64,000 bases of DNA from the human T2T-CHM13v2.0 reference genome, Homo sapiens: positions 7,904,001 to 7,968,000 of the forward strand of contig CP086569.2 of NCBI GenBank assembly GCA_009914755.4, read 5' to 3'. Position numbers and translations under genes: made by a program. Below, in pieces: positions 25,510-37,452 of this stretch (its first letter is position 1; each line of letters opens with the position of its first letter). The notes beneath the pieces were generated by a model that had not been told where the DNA came from, did not search any database, and saw only the letters and a program-made list of their open reading frames with translations.

Positions 25510-26588
25510 ACTAGAAGTATTAAGGGTACTATCAATAACATTGACACATTTAATCTAAGCACATTTTACAAATATTTTTACGTCGACTATAGTTCAATTC
25601 AAGATATTTTCTCCCAAAGAAAACTTTTTTTTTTCTCCTAAAATGAACACGTCTTTCCCAATGCCAAATTTGAGACATTGACTGAGTACATGCCTTCCAT
25701 TAAGGGACCAATCACAAATTATATTATTCAAATTCCTTGAAAACTCCTGGATTATTAAAAAGAATAACACCTCAGACAAAAAAGATTAACCCATCACACA
25801 TTCCATAGAACAATGTGGCATATCTGTTTTTTACAATATATAATCCACTTCTTTGTATTCACATCACTGATATAAAAGTTTCAGTGTCCCAAAGGTGTAT
25901 GATAGGATGTGTCATTTAAAAAAAAATAAGGTTACTTACTCACAGTGATTAGTCACATTAGTGATTATGAGTAATTTCCTCTTTGATCTGCTAACACTTA
26001 CATAAAGTGTCCCTATATGATTTACAATTCTATACTTACTGTAAAAATGTCTCTGTAATTGTGATACTTGTTTGATCTCATCAAGGTTTCTTGCCTTATT
26101 CATTTCTTATTTTGCCTTAGACATGTCCCTAAAAATGACTCTTAATATAGTACTTCATAAAATTTCTCAGAAATGCTTAAATGTCCTAATTAATTTCGCA
26201 ATAACATTTTTCAGTGTAATCTTTTCTACAGGCCAAAGTAATTTTTGAAAACAGTTCAGTTAATAACTCAATTTAAAAATTATATGGCTTTTGTTATTTA
26301 GGGGAAGATCTTAAACCCCTCACAAGACCCCTTGCAGCCACATCGCCAATTGTTCCTACCTTGAAACTTCTTTTGTTATTTCTGGTCCCAAAATATTTTC
26401 CCCAGATTTGTGCATGGCTGCTTCCTTCTCAGTGTTCGGAAGTCAGCCAAATTCCTTAAACTGTTCATTCTCCCTGAAAACTCCAAGAACCCCCTTTATT
26501 GGCTGTCTTAACATTTATGTGCATATAACAATCATATTTATTTTTACACAGTAAAATATGTGAGATGAGGTAATTTAGAAATAACATT

Positions 26589-26927
<339 letters not shown>

Positions 26928-27380
26928 CTAGGGGGAAAAAGAAGTTATCCTTGATTACTAAACATAAGTCAAAATTATCTCCATACCTACCACAAAGCCA
27001 TGAATCAAAAGCTACTCTCGCTTTCTATCACAGCTTAAAATACTAATTCATAAGAGTGAATAAAAATATACTTTCTGCTATGTGCCAGGAAGTGTGATAG
27101 ATGTAACAGAAATAAAAACAACTAGGAAGACTTAAATATGCACTATAGACAATTTCACAATCAATAGATTAATACATGGTACAGTGAGTATATTATATAC
27201 CGACGATATTCAATGAGGAAGAAAATATGAAATCTAAGTTGTTCTTCAAGCATAAATTGTTATTTGTGAGACATACACGGGGAAGGATAATTCTCAAAAA
27301 GCATTTTGGAGATAGTGTAAAGAGTAACAGGAGCTACAGATTGGGATAATGTTATTTATTATTTTTTATTTATTTTTTGT

Positions 27381-27657
27381 TTGAGATGGAGTCTCTGTCA
27401 CCAGCCTGGAGTGCAATGGCATGATCTCGGCTCACTACAACTTCTGCCTCCTGGGTTCAAATGATTCCCCTGCCTCAGCCTACCCAAATAGCTGTAACTA
27501 CAGACACACACCACCATAGCTGACTAATCATTTGTATTTTAGTAGAGATGGGGTTTCACCATGTTGGCTAGGATGGTTTTGATCTCCTGACCTCATGATC
27601 TGCTCACCTTCACCTCCCAGTGCTGGGATTACAAGCATGAGCCACCACATCCAGCCG
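27381..27657 (-). mobile_element. Alu, antisense, in RBMY-like intron 2
   Basis: …tttgagatggagtctctgtcaccagcctggagtgcaatggcatgatctcggctcactacaacttctgcctcctgggttcaaatgattcccctgcctcagcc…gtgctgggattacaagcatgagccaccacatccagcc. Confidence 0.85.
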
Positions 27658-28508
27658 GATTGTGATAATGTTGTAAAGCAAAAAAGCTCTAAAGGGCCCA
27701 GAATGGAATGATCTTGACTACAATGTAAAGGAATTCAGTAGTTAATAGAATTACATGAAAGTTTAAAGCTTTAATAAACACACAATCCCTAGATTTAAGA
27801 ATCAGTAGCACAAGAGACAATTGATTGGGTCAAAACAAGTCCTCAAGTACACTGAGAAAATGAGTAATTAGGTATTCATGTTACATAAATCACTCTGGTG
27901 ACAGGAAAAAAAAAAAGTCCTTAGGAGAAAAGAGCAAGTATGGGGCAAAAATGCCAGCCAGTTATTTCTTCTGTTATCCAACTTCAATTGTTCTTATATT
28001 ATTTTCTATTTTCAAGTACTTAATACTTCCTTAAATGTAAAGGTCTTATTTAAATATACTTCCCCAAGAATATATTTTCAGAAAATGATAGAGAATCTTT
28101 CCTTCTTCTGAATCTGTCTAGATGTCCATCCACTGTTTGTATATGCTATAGAAGTAATTCCAAGAATTGGAAGTTAATTCCTTTAATAGCATTTAATAAT
28201 TGTTGAATTAATGCTTTCATTTACATGAGGGTTCCTGCTAGGTTTTAAAGCTCTTCAAAACCTTTGAAAATCTATTTACACTCACAATGAAATAAAAACA
28301 TAGAAAAAGGTTACCATAGATTAATTTATATAATGTTAATTCCAATACTTATTAGACTATACTTAGATGTATACGGCACAAAGAAGAGAATGGCTAAAGC
28401 ATTTCGGTCCATATGGCATTCCAGTATCTTCAAAAGTTTAGTAATACTAAAAAGACCTAGAAATATTGTTAATTGAAAAACAGAGTATTATTAATAAGGG
28501 ACTCTTAC

Positions 28509-28611
28509 CTTTCCATTCATATCTTTGGCAGCATTCTTAGCATCTGCAGGGTTCTCAGAAATAATAAATGCAAAGTCTCTGGACTTGCTCTTTGATCCTT
28601 TATCAAAATAA
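28509..28611 (-). pseudogene. RBMY-like: RBMY-like exon 2 (RRM part; 1-nt insertion frameshift; donor GGAAAG|gtaaga)
   Basis: Reverse complement reads …TTTTGATAAAGGATCAAAGAGCAAGTCCAGAGACTTTGCATTTATTATTTCTGAGAACCCTGCAGATGCTAAGAATGCTGCCAAAGATATGAATGGAAAGgtaaga, giving [16 protein letters not shown], identical to RBMY. Confidence 0.8.
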
Positions 28612-29035
28612 GTAAAATATATAAAAACATTTTACGTTTACATAATGGGCTCACCAAGGTACTAACTGAAACTTACATCAAACAAAAAAAAATGCATTTC
28701 ACATCACTACTATGATTCTTAATACTAAGTCACCCCTGTAGTCAGCCTATTTTATTTCAGTTTGTTTCCTAAATCCACAACACATTTACTTGTCCTCATT
28801 TTCCTTTCTAAGTAATAGGTGACCTAACCAGAGACCCTTAACCTGCTGCTATGAGAATTTTCCAAATATCAAATAGATAATTCAAAATAGGAGTTTAAAA
28901 ATGATATAGTATTTTAGTGTATGTATACACTGAACTATGAAAAAATATATATTTTTTCAAAAATATATTATACGTATTTTAAATACACATATTGAAATAT
29001 ACATATGGAAATACACACACAGCTGTAAGAGTTAC

Positions 29036-29122
29036 TTTCCAATATGGTACCATGTTTCCCAAATACTGCTTTAAGCATCTTTTCATTGGTTTCTCTATTG
29101 AGGCCACCAATGAAAAGCTTGT
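29036..29122 (-). pseudogene. RBMY-like: RBMY-like exon 1 (start codon = rc of cat at 29120-29122; 1-bp deletion frameshift near 29100; donor GAAA|gtaact)
   Basis: Reverse complement reads ATGGTAGAAGCAGATCATCCAACAAGCTTTTCATTGGTGGCCTCAATAGAGAAACCAATGAAAAGATGCTTAAAGCAGTATTTGGGAAACATGGTACCATATTGGAAAgtaac. RBMY has CATCCTGGCAAGCTT; here it is CATCCAACAAGCTT. Confidence 0.8.
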
Positions 29123-29489
29123 TGGATGATCTGCTTCTACCATTGTGCTGTAAGTGGTAAAAAATTATCTATATTTAGATAAAAATAAGCTAAAGAGATA
29201 AAATTTTATTTCATACTGTGTTGAAAACTCAAGTAAAATTCCCTTCCAGAGGCTGACATCTTTTTAGTATTTCTTAATTTAAATATGCAAAATCTGTAAC
29301 ATACGGAGAAAAAGGGGCACTGACTTCATGGACAAATGCTACATTTTAATATGTACCTGAAAAAATCTTGTTTATAATAAAAATAATTTTCCTAAGCTGC
29401 AATATGAAGGATGCCACCATTTAAATAATTTTATTTGAAAACTATATATTTATGAGGTACAGTGTGATGTTTTACGTATCTTTTTTCTT

Positions 29490-29744
29490 CAGATGTTTAT
29501 CTCCTGTTGCCAAAGTGCGCTGCTCACTGCAGCCTTCTCCATCCAGCCTCAACTGATCCTGCAACGTCTAAGCTTTCTAAGTAGCTGAAACTACAGGTGC
29601 TTTCTACCAGACCTGGGCAATTTTTTTAAATACACACGGTTTTCCTCATATTGCCCAAGCTGGTCTCTAACTCCTGGGCTCAAGCAATCTGCCGGCCTGG
29701 GACTACCAAAGTGATGGGATTTCAAGGGTGAATCACCACACCCA
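29490..29744 (-). mobile_element. Old diverged Alu, antisense, just upstream of RBMY-like exon 1
   Basis: …ctgctcactgcagccttctccatccagcctcaactgatcctgcaacgtctaagctttctaagtagctgaaactacaggtg…caagctggtctctaactcctgggctcaagcaatctgccggcctgggactaccaaagtgatgggatttcaagggtgaatcaccacacccag. Confidence 0.6.
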
Positions 29745-30249
29745 GTGTGATATTTGAATGAAAGATTAAATCAAGCTAATTAAAATGTTCTTATGGGGAG
29801 AACATTTTAAATATTTTACCATCTTTAAGTGATTTGAAATGTATAATAGATCAAGGATCCCCAAACCCTGGCCTTCAACCTGTACCTGTCTGTGGACTGA
29901 ATGTGATGCCTGAGAATGACCTGTAATACCTGTCTGTGGAGAATGTAACCCCTGAGGATGGCCTGAGGTGGTAAATCTTCATCCAGCAACCATCCTTGCT
30001 AGCTCTCCCCCCATCCCTGCTGCCCCACCCTGTTCCCATGGAAGCCTCGCTGCCCCACCTTCCCCCTGTCACACTGCTCCCACAGGAAGCCCCGCCCCAC
30101 CACGTGCCCTTCGGGTCCCAGACACCAGTCCCCACTCCCAAAAGTGTCCACCTCGCTGCCTTCTTCCCCTGGGCAACCCTTGTCTGAGGAAAAATTATCT
30201 TCCACTAAACCGGTCCCTGATGAGAAAATGGCAATAGATTAAATGTTAT

Positions 30250-30340
30250 CCAGGCTGGTCTCCAACTCCTGAACTCAAGCCATCCTCCTACCTCCACTTC
30301 CGAAAATGCTAGGATTAAAAGAGTAAGTCAGTGTGCCAGG
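30250..30340 (-). mobile_element. Alu fragment (left-arm only), antisense
   Basis: ccaggctggtctccaactcctgaactcaagccatcctcctacctccacttccgaaaatgctaggattaaaagagtaagtcagtgtgccagg. Confidence 0.6.
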
Positions 30341-31099
30341 TTAATAGAATAACTTAAGCGCATTTATTTTGTTTCCTTTATAGGCTATGTAACTCCATTT
30401 AATTCGATTACACCCGCTTATTCGGTTTAAATTATTCACGGAGCCACACATACATGAAACATGTTTCAAATACTGTCATACAAGGAAGGAGACAATTTCA
30501 GGCTTTACGGAGGCAAATTTATATTGAGATTATTTATGCCCCCAGACTTCTACATACAGTAAAGTATCTCAAAATTTGCTAATTCCTGCCAAGGAAATCA
30601 GACATGTGACATTTGCTGACTAAAACTACGAGTTTTTAATCTCAGTGGTTAAGTATATTGCCTATATTTTGAATGATGACCACATTCACAGAGAAAAACC
30701 GCTTTAAAAAAAAATGCACATGAGAACAATGGAGCCTCAGCACTATCTCCCACAATTTGCCCACATGTCGGACATGTCCGACAGTCAAAGGTACAATCCT
30801 CAAGAAAAATCAATGAATTTAACAAAAATTAGTTTCTTAAGAGGACTAAGGCGTCCTCTCCCCACTGTCTCCTCCAATATTTTAACATCCACACATAGAA
30901 AACCCATTCCGTTTTATAGACAAAATCCCAAAACTTCGCTTTTTATTCTTGCCGAGAGACCAACCTGTCCAGAGAAACAGAAAATAAACGTGAATTTCAG
31001 TAGCAGAAACAGCCTCAGGGTAGCTCCGCCCTCAGGTCCTATGCATCCAGCTTCCAGATCCCACAGGGCCAACTGCATGAAAGACCCTTGGAGCTGGCC

Positions 31100-32015
31100 T
31101 GAGTGGGAAGGACGCCAGAAACTGTGCCGGGAAAGCCCACCTACCTCCAGCTGCCAATCATTGCGAGGGCGCTGGAGGTGGGCCAATCATTTCGAGGGCG
31201 GTTGGTGTCTCCCCTGTCGCCCAGCCCCTGGCTGGCCTGCAACTCCATCCTCCCGCGGTAAGACTCCTCTGAGAAGCTGCTTGTGCCAGGTAGTGGTGGG
31301 TTCAGGCACACGCGCGCGGACTGTGAGCCCTTTGGAATTGTGAGCATGGAAGACCTACACCCTCACTGGCATCCTGAGTGTGGCAAGCCACTGACTCACC
31401 AACACATGAAACATCTCACTTCATTAGGCAGGGTAGGCTGATGGTACTGAACATTGCAGATCCAGAGGCGAGAGAGAGGGAACAACGCTGCCTGCTGGGG
31501 AAGGGCAGCAGAGGTGGCTTGGGGCGAGTGGGGCGGGGCGGGGACGTGGGAGGAAAGTCGTCTGGTACCTTCCTGGGGTGGAATTCGTCTGCACCAGAAG
31601 CCAAAACCCCTCAAGGACTCTTTCAGATCTAGGAAAATACAGACTCCGACTTCCATGCTTCATCCTGAGGACGCTGAGGATGCTGTACTCCCAGTGGCAT
31701 TCCAAAGGACCTCTTGTCCTATGCCCTGGGCACACCAGAGGCTAGCCACCGTGGTAGCCCATCCGATGACCTGTGTGCACTGCCTTTCTGGCGCAGAGGC
31801 TCTCGCACTCGCAGCACCGGCCGCAGTACCTGCTAGGAGGGCTGTGGAAGCCCGCCCAGGGCCTCCGCCTCCGGCTACTGGGCTCCTGTGTGCACCTAAC
31901 CCTGAAGGGAATCCGGGCCCTATGGCGATGGCGGCGGGCTGTGGGTCCTGCGGGGCTTCCCAAGAACCCTGGGTCCACGTAGGTGTGAGACGTGATTCTC
32001 AGCTGGGCGAGGCCC
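31100..32015 (+). promoter_or_regulatory. CpG-rich promoter-like region upstream of TSPY-like copy 2: two tandem CCAAT boxes, GC (Sp1-type) boxes, candidate short first exon with GT donor
   Basis: 31148-31200 reads gccaatcattgcgagggcgctggaggtgggccaatcatttcgagggcggttgg, a direct ~26-bp duplication with two CCAAT boxes. ccgcg|gtaagac lies at ~31258. GC boxes ggggcgagtggggcggggcggggacgtggg lie at ~31519-31548. CpG density is high (gcgcgcggactg, cgcactcgcagcaccggccgc). Confidence 0.45.
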
Positions 32016-34100
32016 ACGGGCCTCCTGAAAGAGGCCCGCAGAGTCTATGGGTGACAGGGGCGTTAGGTGGGCGCCTCAGATGTTGGTCTGTGGGACCATT
32101 TTAACGCCTGGCACCGTTTTAACGATGGAGGTTCTGCAGGAGGGGGCGACCTGGGGTAGGAGGCGTGCTAGTGGTGGATGACATTGTGGCAGAGATGGAG
32201 GTGGTGGCCAAGGAGGAGGCCGATGTGGAGAGGCAGCAGGAGGACCATCGGGCACAGAGCCCGGTCCTGGTCCCATTATGCCCCAGCACGCAACGAACTC
32301 GCTGGAGGTCCTTCACTTGTAGCTGGGCTCCGTAAATGCCCCAGGCCACAGGGTATCTCCAGCTTCTGACCCACAGCTATAGTTTTGCAGCTGCCAATTC
32401 GGGATGGCTGGCAGCAGCGGGGTGAGCCTCTAGCTCCTGGATGTGGGGTTTTGGGGAGCCAGGTCATAGGCACTGTGGGTCAGCCAGGAGTCAAGGTATG
32501 GGGTACAATGAGGGGAGCCGAGATCAGGCTTCTGCAGATAGGAGGGCAGCTTGTTTTGGGGTGCCCTGAGGCCACGTAGGGTAGGGACAGGAACCAAAGC
32601 ACAGCACTCACAAGAGAGAACAGCAGCACAAACGACGCTTCACGCACAGCAGAAAGTTGAAAGGCAAGTTTCCCTAGGAAAGTCCCTGGAGGAAGGGGAG
32701 TCTGCACGTCCATGCCAGCCATGGAACCACGCTCCCGGTGTCTGCGTCCAACAGGCTCACCCTAGAAACACAATGTGCTCAAGACTTGGGTTCACGGTGC
32801 AGGGGGCTGCTGTCCTCCACAAGGCAGGCACCAGCTCCACAGACAGGCCTTCTTACACCCAAAGAGGTGTAGGCCATGAGCATATATAGCCTCCACTGCA
32901 CCCACACGAGCCCTGTGGGGAGAGCCAGGCACAGCCCTGCAGCCCCTTTAACCCACAGCGATTCCCTCTGGTGGACACGCCTACCCTTCAGGGAGATGAG
33001 AAGAGGACACTGCATGTCCTGACAGCAGCAGAGTCTGTCCAGGATCCAGCACACAAGAGCCTCCTGCAGCTCAGGAACCCTGAGGAAGCAGCCGCCTCAC
33101 ACCAGAGCACCCTGCCCCGCAACCCTCTCTCCACTTCTTCTGTGCCCACCCCTTTTCAGAACAGGTGGTCTGGGCCTGGCTCCACCTGCCACCAAGACCA
33201 CCACAGACACGAAGGTGCCCCCATGCCAGGCAGAGACAGAGGACCACTAAGTGGTGGTGCCAGGTCAAAGATCTAGGCGATAGCCCTGCTCCACACTCTC
33301 TGTGCTCTTTCAAAGTTGCAGGTTGTTTCATGGCACGCCCCGAGCCCCCCAATCATCTGACGGCTCCTAGACCAGATGCAGATTGTGGGGCACACCCAGA
33401 TATGGGCCGGGTTCACAAATGATGAAGTCTTGTTTAGCTACATGATGGATCTGCAGGCCAGGCTGCAGAGCTTGGGTATGCGGGAGTGGTCAGGTGTCTG
33501 GGTCAGGTTCAAGTTCTCTCTGGGGCCCAGGGGTGTCTAAGCAGCAGAGCTGGGAAGGGGAAACACATGTTTCACTCCAGCTAGCAGGCCACCTTAGTAC
33601 AGCTACATGAAATGGTCATTTGAGTCCATCCTCCTCCTTCTTGGCCAGATAGGGAAAGAAACTCAGCCACCCTGGGCACTGGCATCAGGATGAAGTTTTC
33701 CTTTTGTCACAATCTTTACTTCCACAATGAAATGATCATTCAGGAGTATTGCCTTGGCATCCTCAGTAAGACGTGCCTCCCAGCATGGTAGGGGAGCTGG
33801 TGTGTAGGAGGGTAGGTCTGGAAAGAACTTTCCTGACTCTTCTCTCTCCAGGACACCGGGTGTCTCATTCCACTGCAGTCCAGTGGTTATGGGATCATGA
33901 AGGTCAATCCTCCAGCCACAGGCAGTATACCTCCTACCTGAGCTTCTGCAGCTGGTTGGCTGACCATGGCTACCCAGGTTCTGGAAGGATTGCTGAAGTG
34001 AGGTCCACAGTGGGGCATCATGGGAAAGGACCTTCCTGGCCATTCCTTGGCCTCTGGGGCAGTGGCTTTAAGCCATGATGTGACCTGTCTTGTAACCCCT
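32015..34100 (+). pseudogene. TSPY-like: TSPY-like pseudogene, copy 2 (start codon lost, internal ~60-bp deletion, mutated donor, stops)
   Basis: PERGPQSLWVTGALGGRLRCWSVG aligns to TSPY [44 protein letters not shown] aligns to RMEAVQEGAAGV. AVLVVDDIVAEMEVVAKEEADVERQQEDHRAQSPVLVPLCPSTQ aligns to [52 protein letters not shown] aligns to LEPVNAQA. The exon-1 donor CAGCGG|ggtgagc lies at ~32419. The exon-2-like piece LEEGESARPCQP… lies at ~32690-32790. Nucleotide paralogy to 3.44-5.6 kb is visible throughout. Confidence 0.65.
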
Positions 34101-35373
34101 TCTGCAGTCCCCCAGATCATCAGCCGGGGCCTGTGGCTCAATCCCCTGCAGTACTTCCCTTGGGAGGGAGGCCATTAGAGAGGGAGCAAAGAGGAGGCCA
34201 GGTGAGCAGTCTAGGTCTGGGGACTGAGAGGCCCTTTGATTCCTGGAGTTGTGCCCCACATGAAGAATCCAAGCCTCAAGGAGGTGACTGCAGTGAGCAA
34301 TCCCAGGCCATCCATGGGCTCATGGAGAAATGGCCAACAGGGAACTGTAACACCCACATTTCAGGATTGAGGAACCTTAAGCTGCCTAAGAGGCATAAGT
34401 GTCTAAGGTCAGTGGGTGAGAAGCAAGGCTCAAGGGCCAGCTGTCTCATCATCCCTTACTGGCTCCCTTCCCTCCCATGAGGCCTGCTACCACTTGGGGT
34501 TCAGTTTGGGCTCAAGCAGGGCCCTCTTACCCTCCACACAGATATCCCCTCAAGGCCCGTCTAGGTCTACATCCTCCCAGAATGGCTCTCCCAGGCCCAT
34601 CATTTTCTGTAACAATGACAGCAGGCTCCCCTGACATGCTTTCTCCTGTCTGCCATCCTCACTCATACTGCCTTCCCCACCCAGACAAGAGAGGCCACTA
34701 CACAGGGAATCTTGGGGACCACACTGGGCTCACAGGGAAGGAAATGTAAAGAGATTGTTAAATGGCTGAGACCTTAGGTGTGTGTCCACGGTGGGAAACT
34801 GGCTAGAAATTAAGGCCCACCTGAGCACTGGCAGTGACACCAGGTGTCACTTATCATGATAAACACCTGCTTTGTCACATCACTTAATATTAATATAGAA
34901 GTTTTTTTTTTTAGAATAGTGAAACAATGAAGTCATGTATGAATAAATAGTGTTTTTTCAGATTTGTGTGGAAAACTGCAGACACATCCATTTTTGATTG
35001 CAATTCTTATGTGAGGCTTGAAGTTTTTATTGAGTTTTAAGATATATTTTGATTGTTCTACTTCTAGCAAATTTTATGCTCATTTTTGCAATATAGAGAC
35101 ATAGAATCCAGAAAATTTTTGAATGACTTTCATCTTCTTTTAGAGTACTTGCTTGTAAATTTTGAATTTTTTTTCCCTTGTGGTTCTTTTCAGTTTATTT
35201 TTTGTAATTTATATGCAAGGTGATATATTTGATTTTTAATTTGTTCTTGTGGAACTTTTGTTTAAAGGACTTTTTTTTCTATTAGATATGTGAGTTTGCC
35301 TGTGAGTACTTTTTCTAGTACAGATTTTTTTTTTCATTTTTCATTTCTGTGTGTGTATGTGTGTGTGGATGGA

Positions 35374-35659
35374 GTTTTGAGATGGAGTCTTGCTCTGTCA
35401 CCCAGGCTGGAGTGAAGTGGCATGATCTCGGCTCACCTCAACACCGCCTCCCAGCTCCAAGCGATTCCTCTGCTTCAGCCTTCCTGAGGTGGTGTGATTA
35501 CAGGTGCATGCCCCCATGTCCAGCTGATTTTTGTATTTTTAGTTGAGATGGGTTTCATCATATTTGCCAGGCTTGTTTTGAACTCCTGATCTCAAGTGTT
35601 CTGCCCACTTTGGCCTCTCAAAATGCTGGGCTTACAGGCACGAGCCACCATGCCTGGCC
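35374..35659 (-). mobile_element. Alu, antisense, preceded by (GT)n
   Basis: gtgtgtgtatgtgtgtgtggatggagttttgagatggagtcttgctctgtcacccaggctggagtgaagtggcatgatctcggctcacc…caaaatgctgggcttacaggcacgagccaccatgcctggcc. Confidence 0.85.
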
Positions 35660-37452
35660 TCATCTGTTTTTCTACATATTTTTAACGCTTATTGTATTTT
35701 CTTCATGAACATGTATTTAAGAGTTATTGAAATAATATGTTTTATTTATTTACTCAATACTTTAGTAGGATTTTAAAAGTAATGTTTTCCTTCACTAAAT
35801 ACAGTACGATGAATAGGTTAAAACTTGTATAGCATTGTCATTTTCTTTTTCATAAATTCTTCAACAACTCTGATACTCTTTTTCCCACACCTGAAGAGAA
35901 TATGCAGACAGATACAAAAAATTGTGTGTGAGTTTGTATGAAAATATAATTTGAAAGACTAATAAATTTCACAAATACAATTTCACATTTGTATTTTGCA
36001 TCATTTTGAATTTTTTTTTTTTGTTTGCTGATAAATAAAATCCTGAATTCACATTCATGTTAAATAGGAGCTTTTGAATCATTTTCAAGAATGAAAACAA
36101 TCCAAGGCCATGCATTAGTTCAGGAAGTAGGTAGAAAGCAGTTGTTATGAAGAAAAGCCATATTCACCGAAGGTACATTTAGAGAGATTTTGAAAGGCTA
36201 AGTCAATATTTTCCTTGTTGATGCTCTGGTGTTTTATCATATTGTGACCAGACTGTGGCATCACTAGTTATAGTCACTAGGCTACCAAAGTCCCTGGGCT
36301 GTGGTAATTATGATTGAGGAAAGTGGCAGTGTGGTTGGCTGTTTAAGGAGACTAAAGGACTTAGGAGTTTCCACCCAAGAAACAAGGACTTGTTTTATTG
36401 GGTGGCCTTCTTTTGCTGAAGTAGATAAGATCCAGGAGAAGTGTGGACTCACTGCAGTAGCTAGGGTTTTGAGACTGGTGAAGCCTATTTGTCTCCAACT
36501 ACCATTGCCAGGTATTGGTCCACACATAATGGCACATCCTGGACTCACTGACTCCTGTAAATTCCAACACAGAATTTGGATTTAAATCCCTATTCCAACT
36601 TCTTAATCATAGGTTTAATAAGTTGATAAATGATGTATTCAGAAGAAAGGGAGACATCAGATAAGTGCCTAAGTAAATCATCCTGATCAAATACCTTCAA
36701 AAAGTTTACTACAAAAAGTCACTGAAGATTAAACCTCGAAAAGTTATTTTAATTGGGGAAATATAAAAAGTGGACTCATTTTAAGCTCTGAGGTGTAAAG
36801 GTACTATTATTAGAATAAAAGAATTACATAAAATGTCTAATTTGTATGTAGAGCAGCATACTAGCTATTTAATATAGCTAGAGACTGATAACAACCCATG
36901 TAAGAAAACTCAGAGATTAACAACAAAAATTTTTCAGACTTTGTTCCATAATTAAAGAGTTTTAAAGTGTATTCCTACTGATCAATGATTCACTTATATT
37001 TATCATATAGGCAGGCTGTATACCCTTTTGAATAGGGACAAAGTTATAGTTTCTATTATGTAGTAAGAAAAAAATGTATTTTGTACCACATTTGCATCAG
37101 AGTCTTTGCCCAGAGTAATGAAGCAAACAATGAAACTGCCTATGTCAGGTTACAGGTGGGCACAGCTGGAAGCTTCCATCACTTGCCTCTTTCACATTTC
37201 TGGATTCTCATCGGTCCCTCCTAGAAAGACAAATGGACTGTAACTATCCTAAAGAACATATATTACATTTAAACAGTAAGTATTGAGATAATACTATGAT
37301 TTGTCTTAACACTTATGTCTCATCATCACTTTAAACTTGTATCTATGACTTTTACACAGAAATTCAGTTTATTTTATCACCGTTAACATTTTACATCACA
37401 CATTTTTTTCTATTTTATTCTCTTTTTGCTCACTTATTTTTTTCTTTTTTAA

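Noticed and set aside
26285-26425. Weak RRM-like similarity on the minus strand (…TEKEAAMHKSGENILGPEITKEVSR…), first considered as RBMY-like exon 2.
   Set aside because: The genuine exon 2 ([16 protein letters not shown], identical to RBMY) is at 28509-28611 with proper splice sites. The 26.3-kb match is short, needs several frameshifts and lies inside intron 2.
31454-32104. 216-codon +ORF (GC-rich, G/A/P/R-rich) and several overlapping 60-100-codon ORFs on both strands in 31.4-32.1 kb.
   Set aside because: They lie in the CpG-rich upstream region of TSPY-like copy 2. Codon composition is what GC-rich non-coding DNA yields. No homology was recognised. Only the downstream part overlaps the degenerate TSPY exon-1 N-terminus, and that is out of frame.
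36250-36585. Overlapping 88-codon minus and 94-codon plus ORFs in otherwise unique sequence.
   Set aside because: There are no recognisable motifs, no splice-site context and no repeat signature. I treat this as chance ORFs in non-coding DNA. It remains unclassified rather than interesting.
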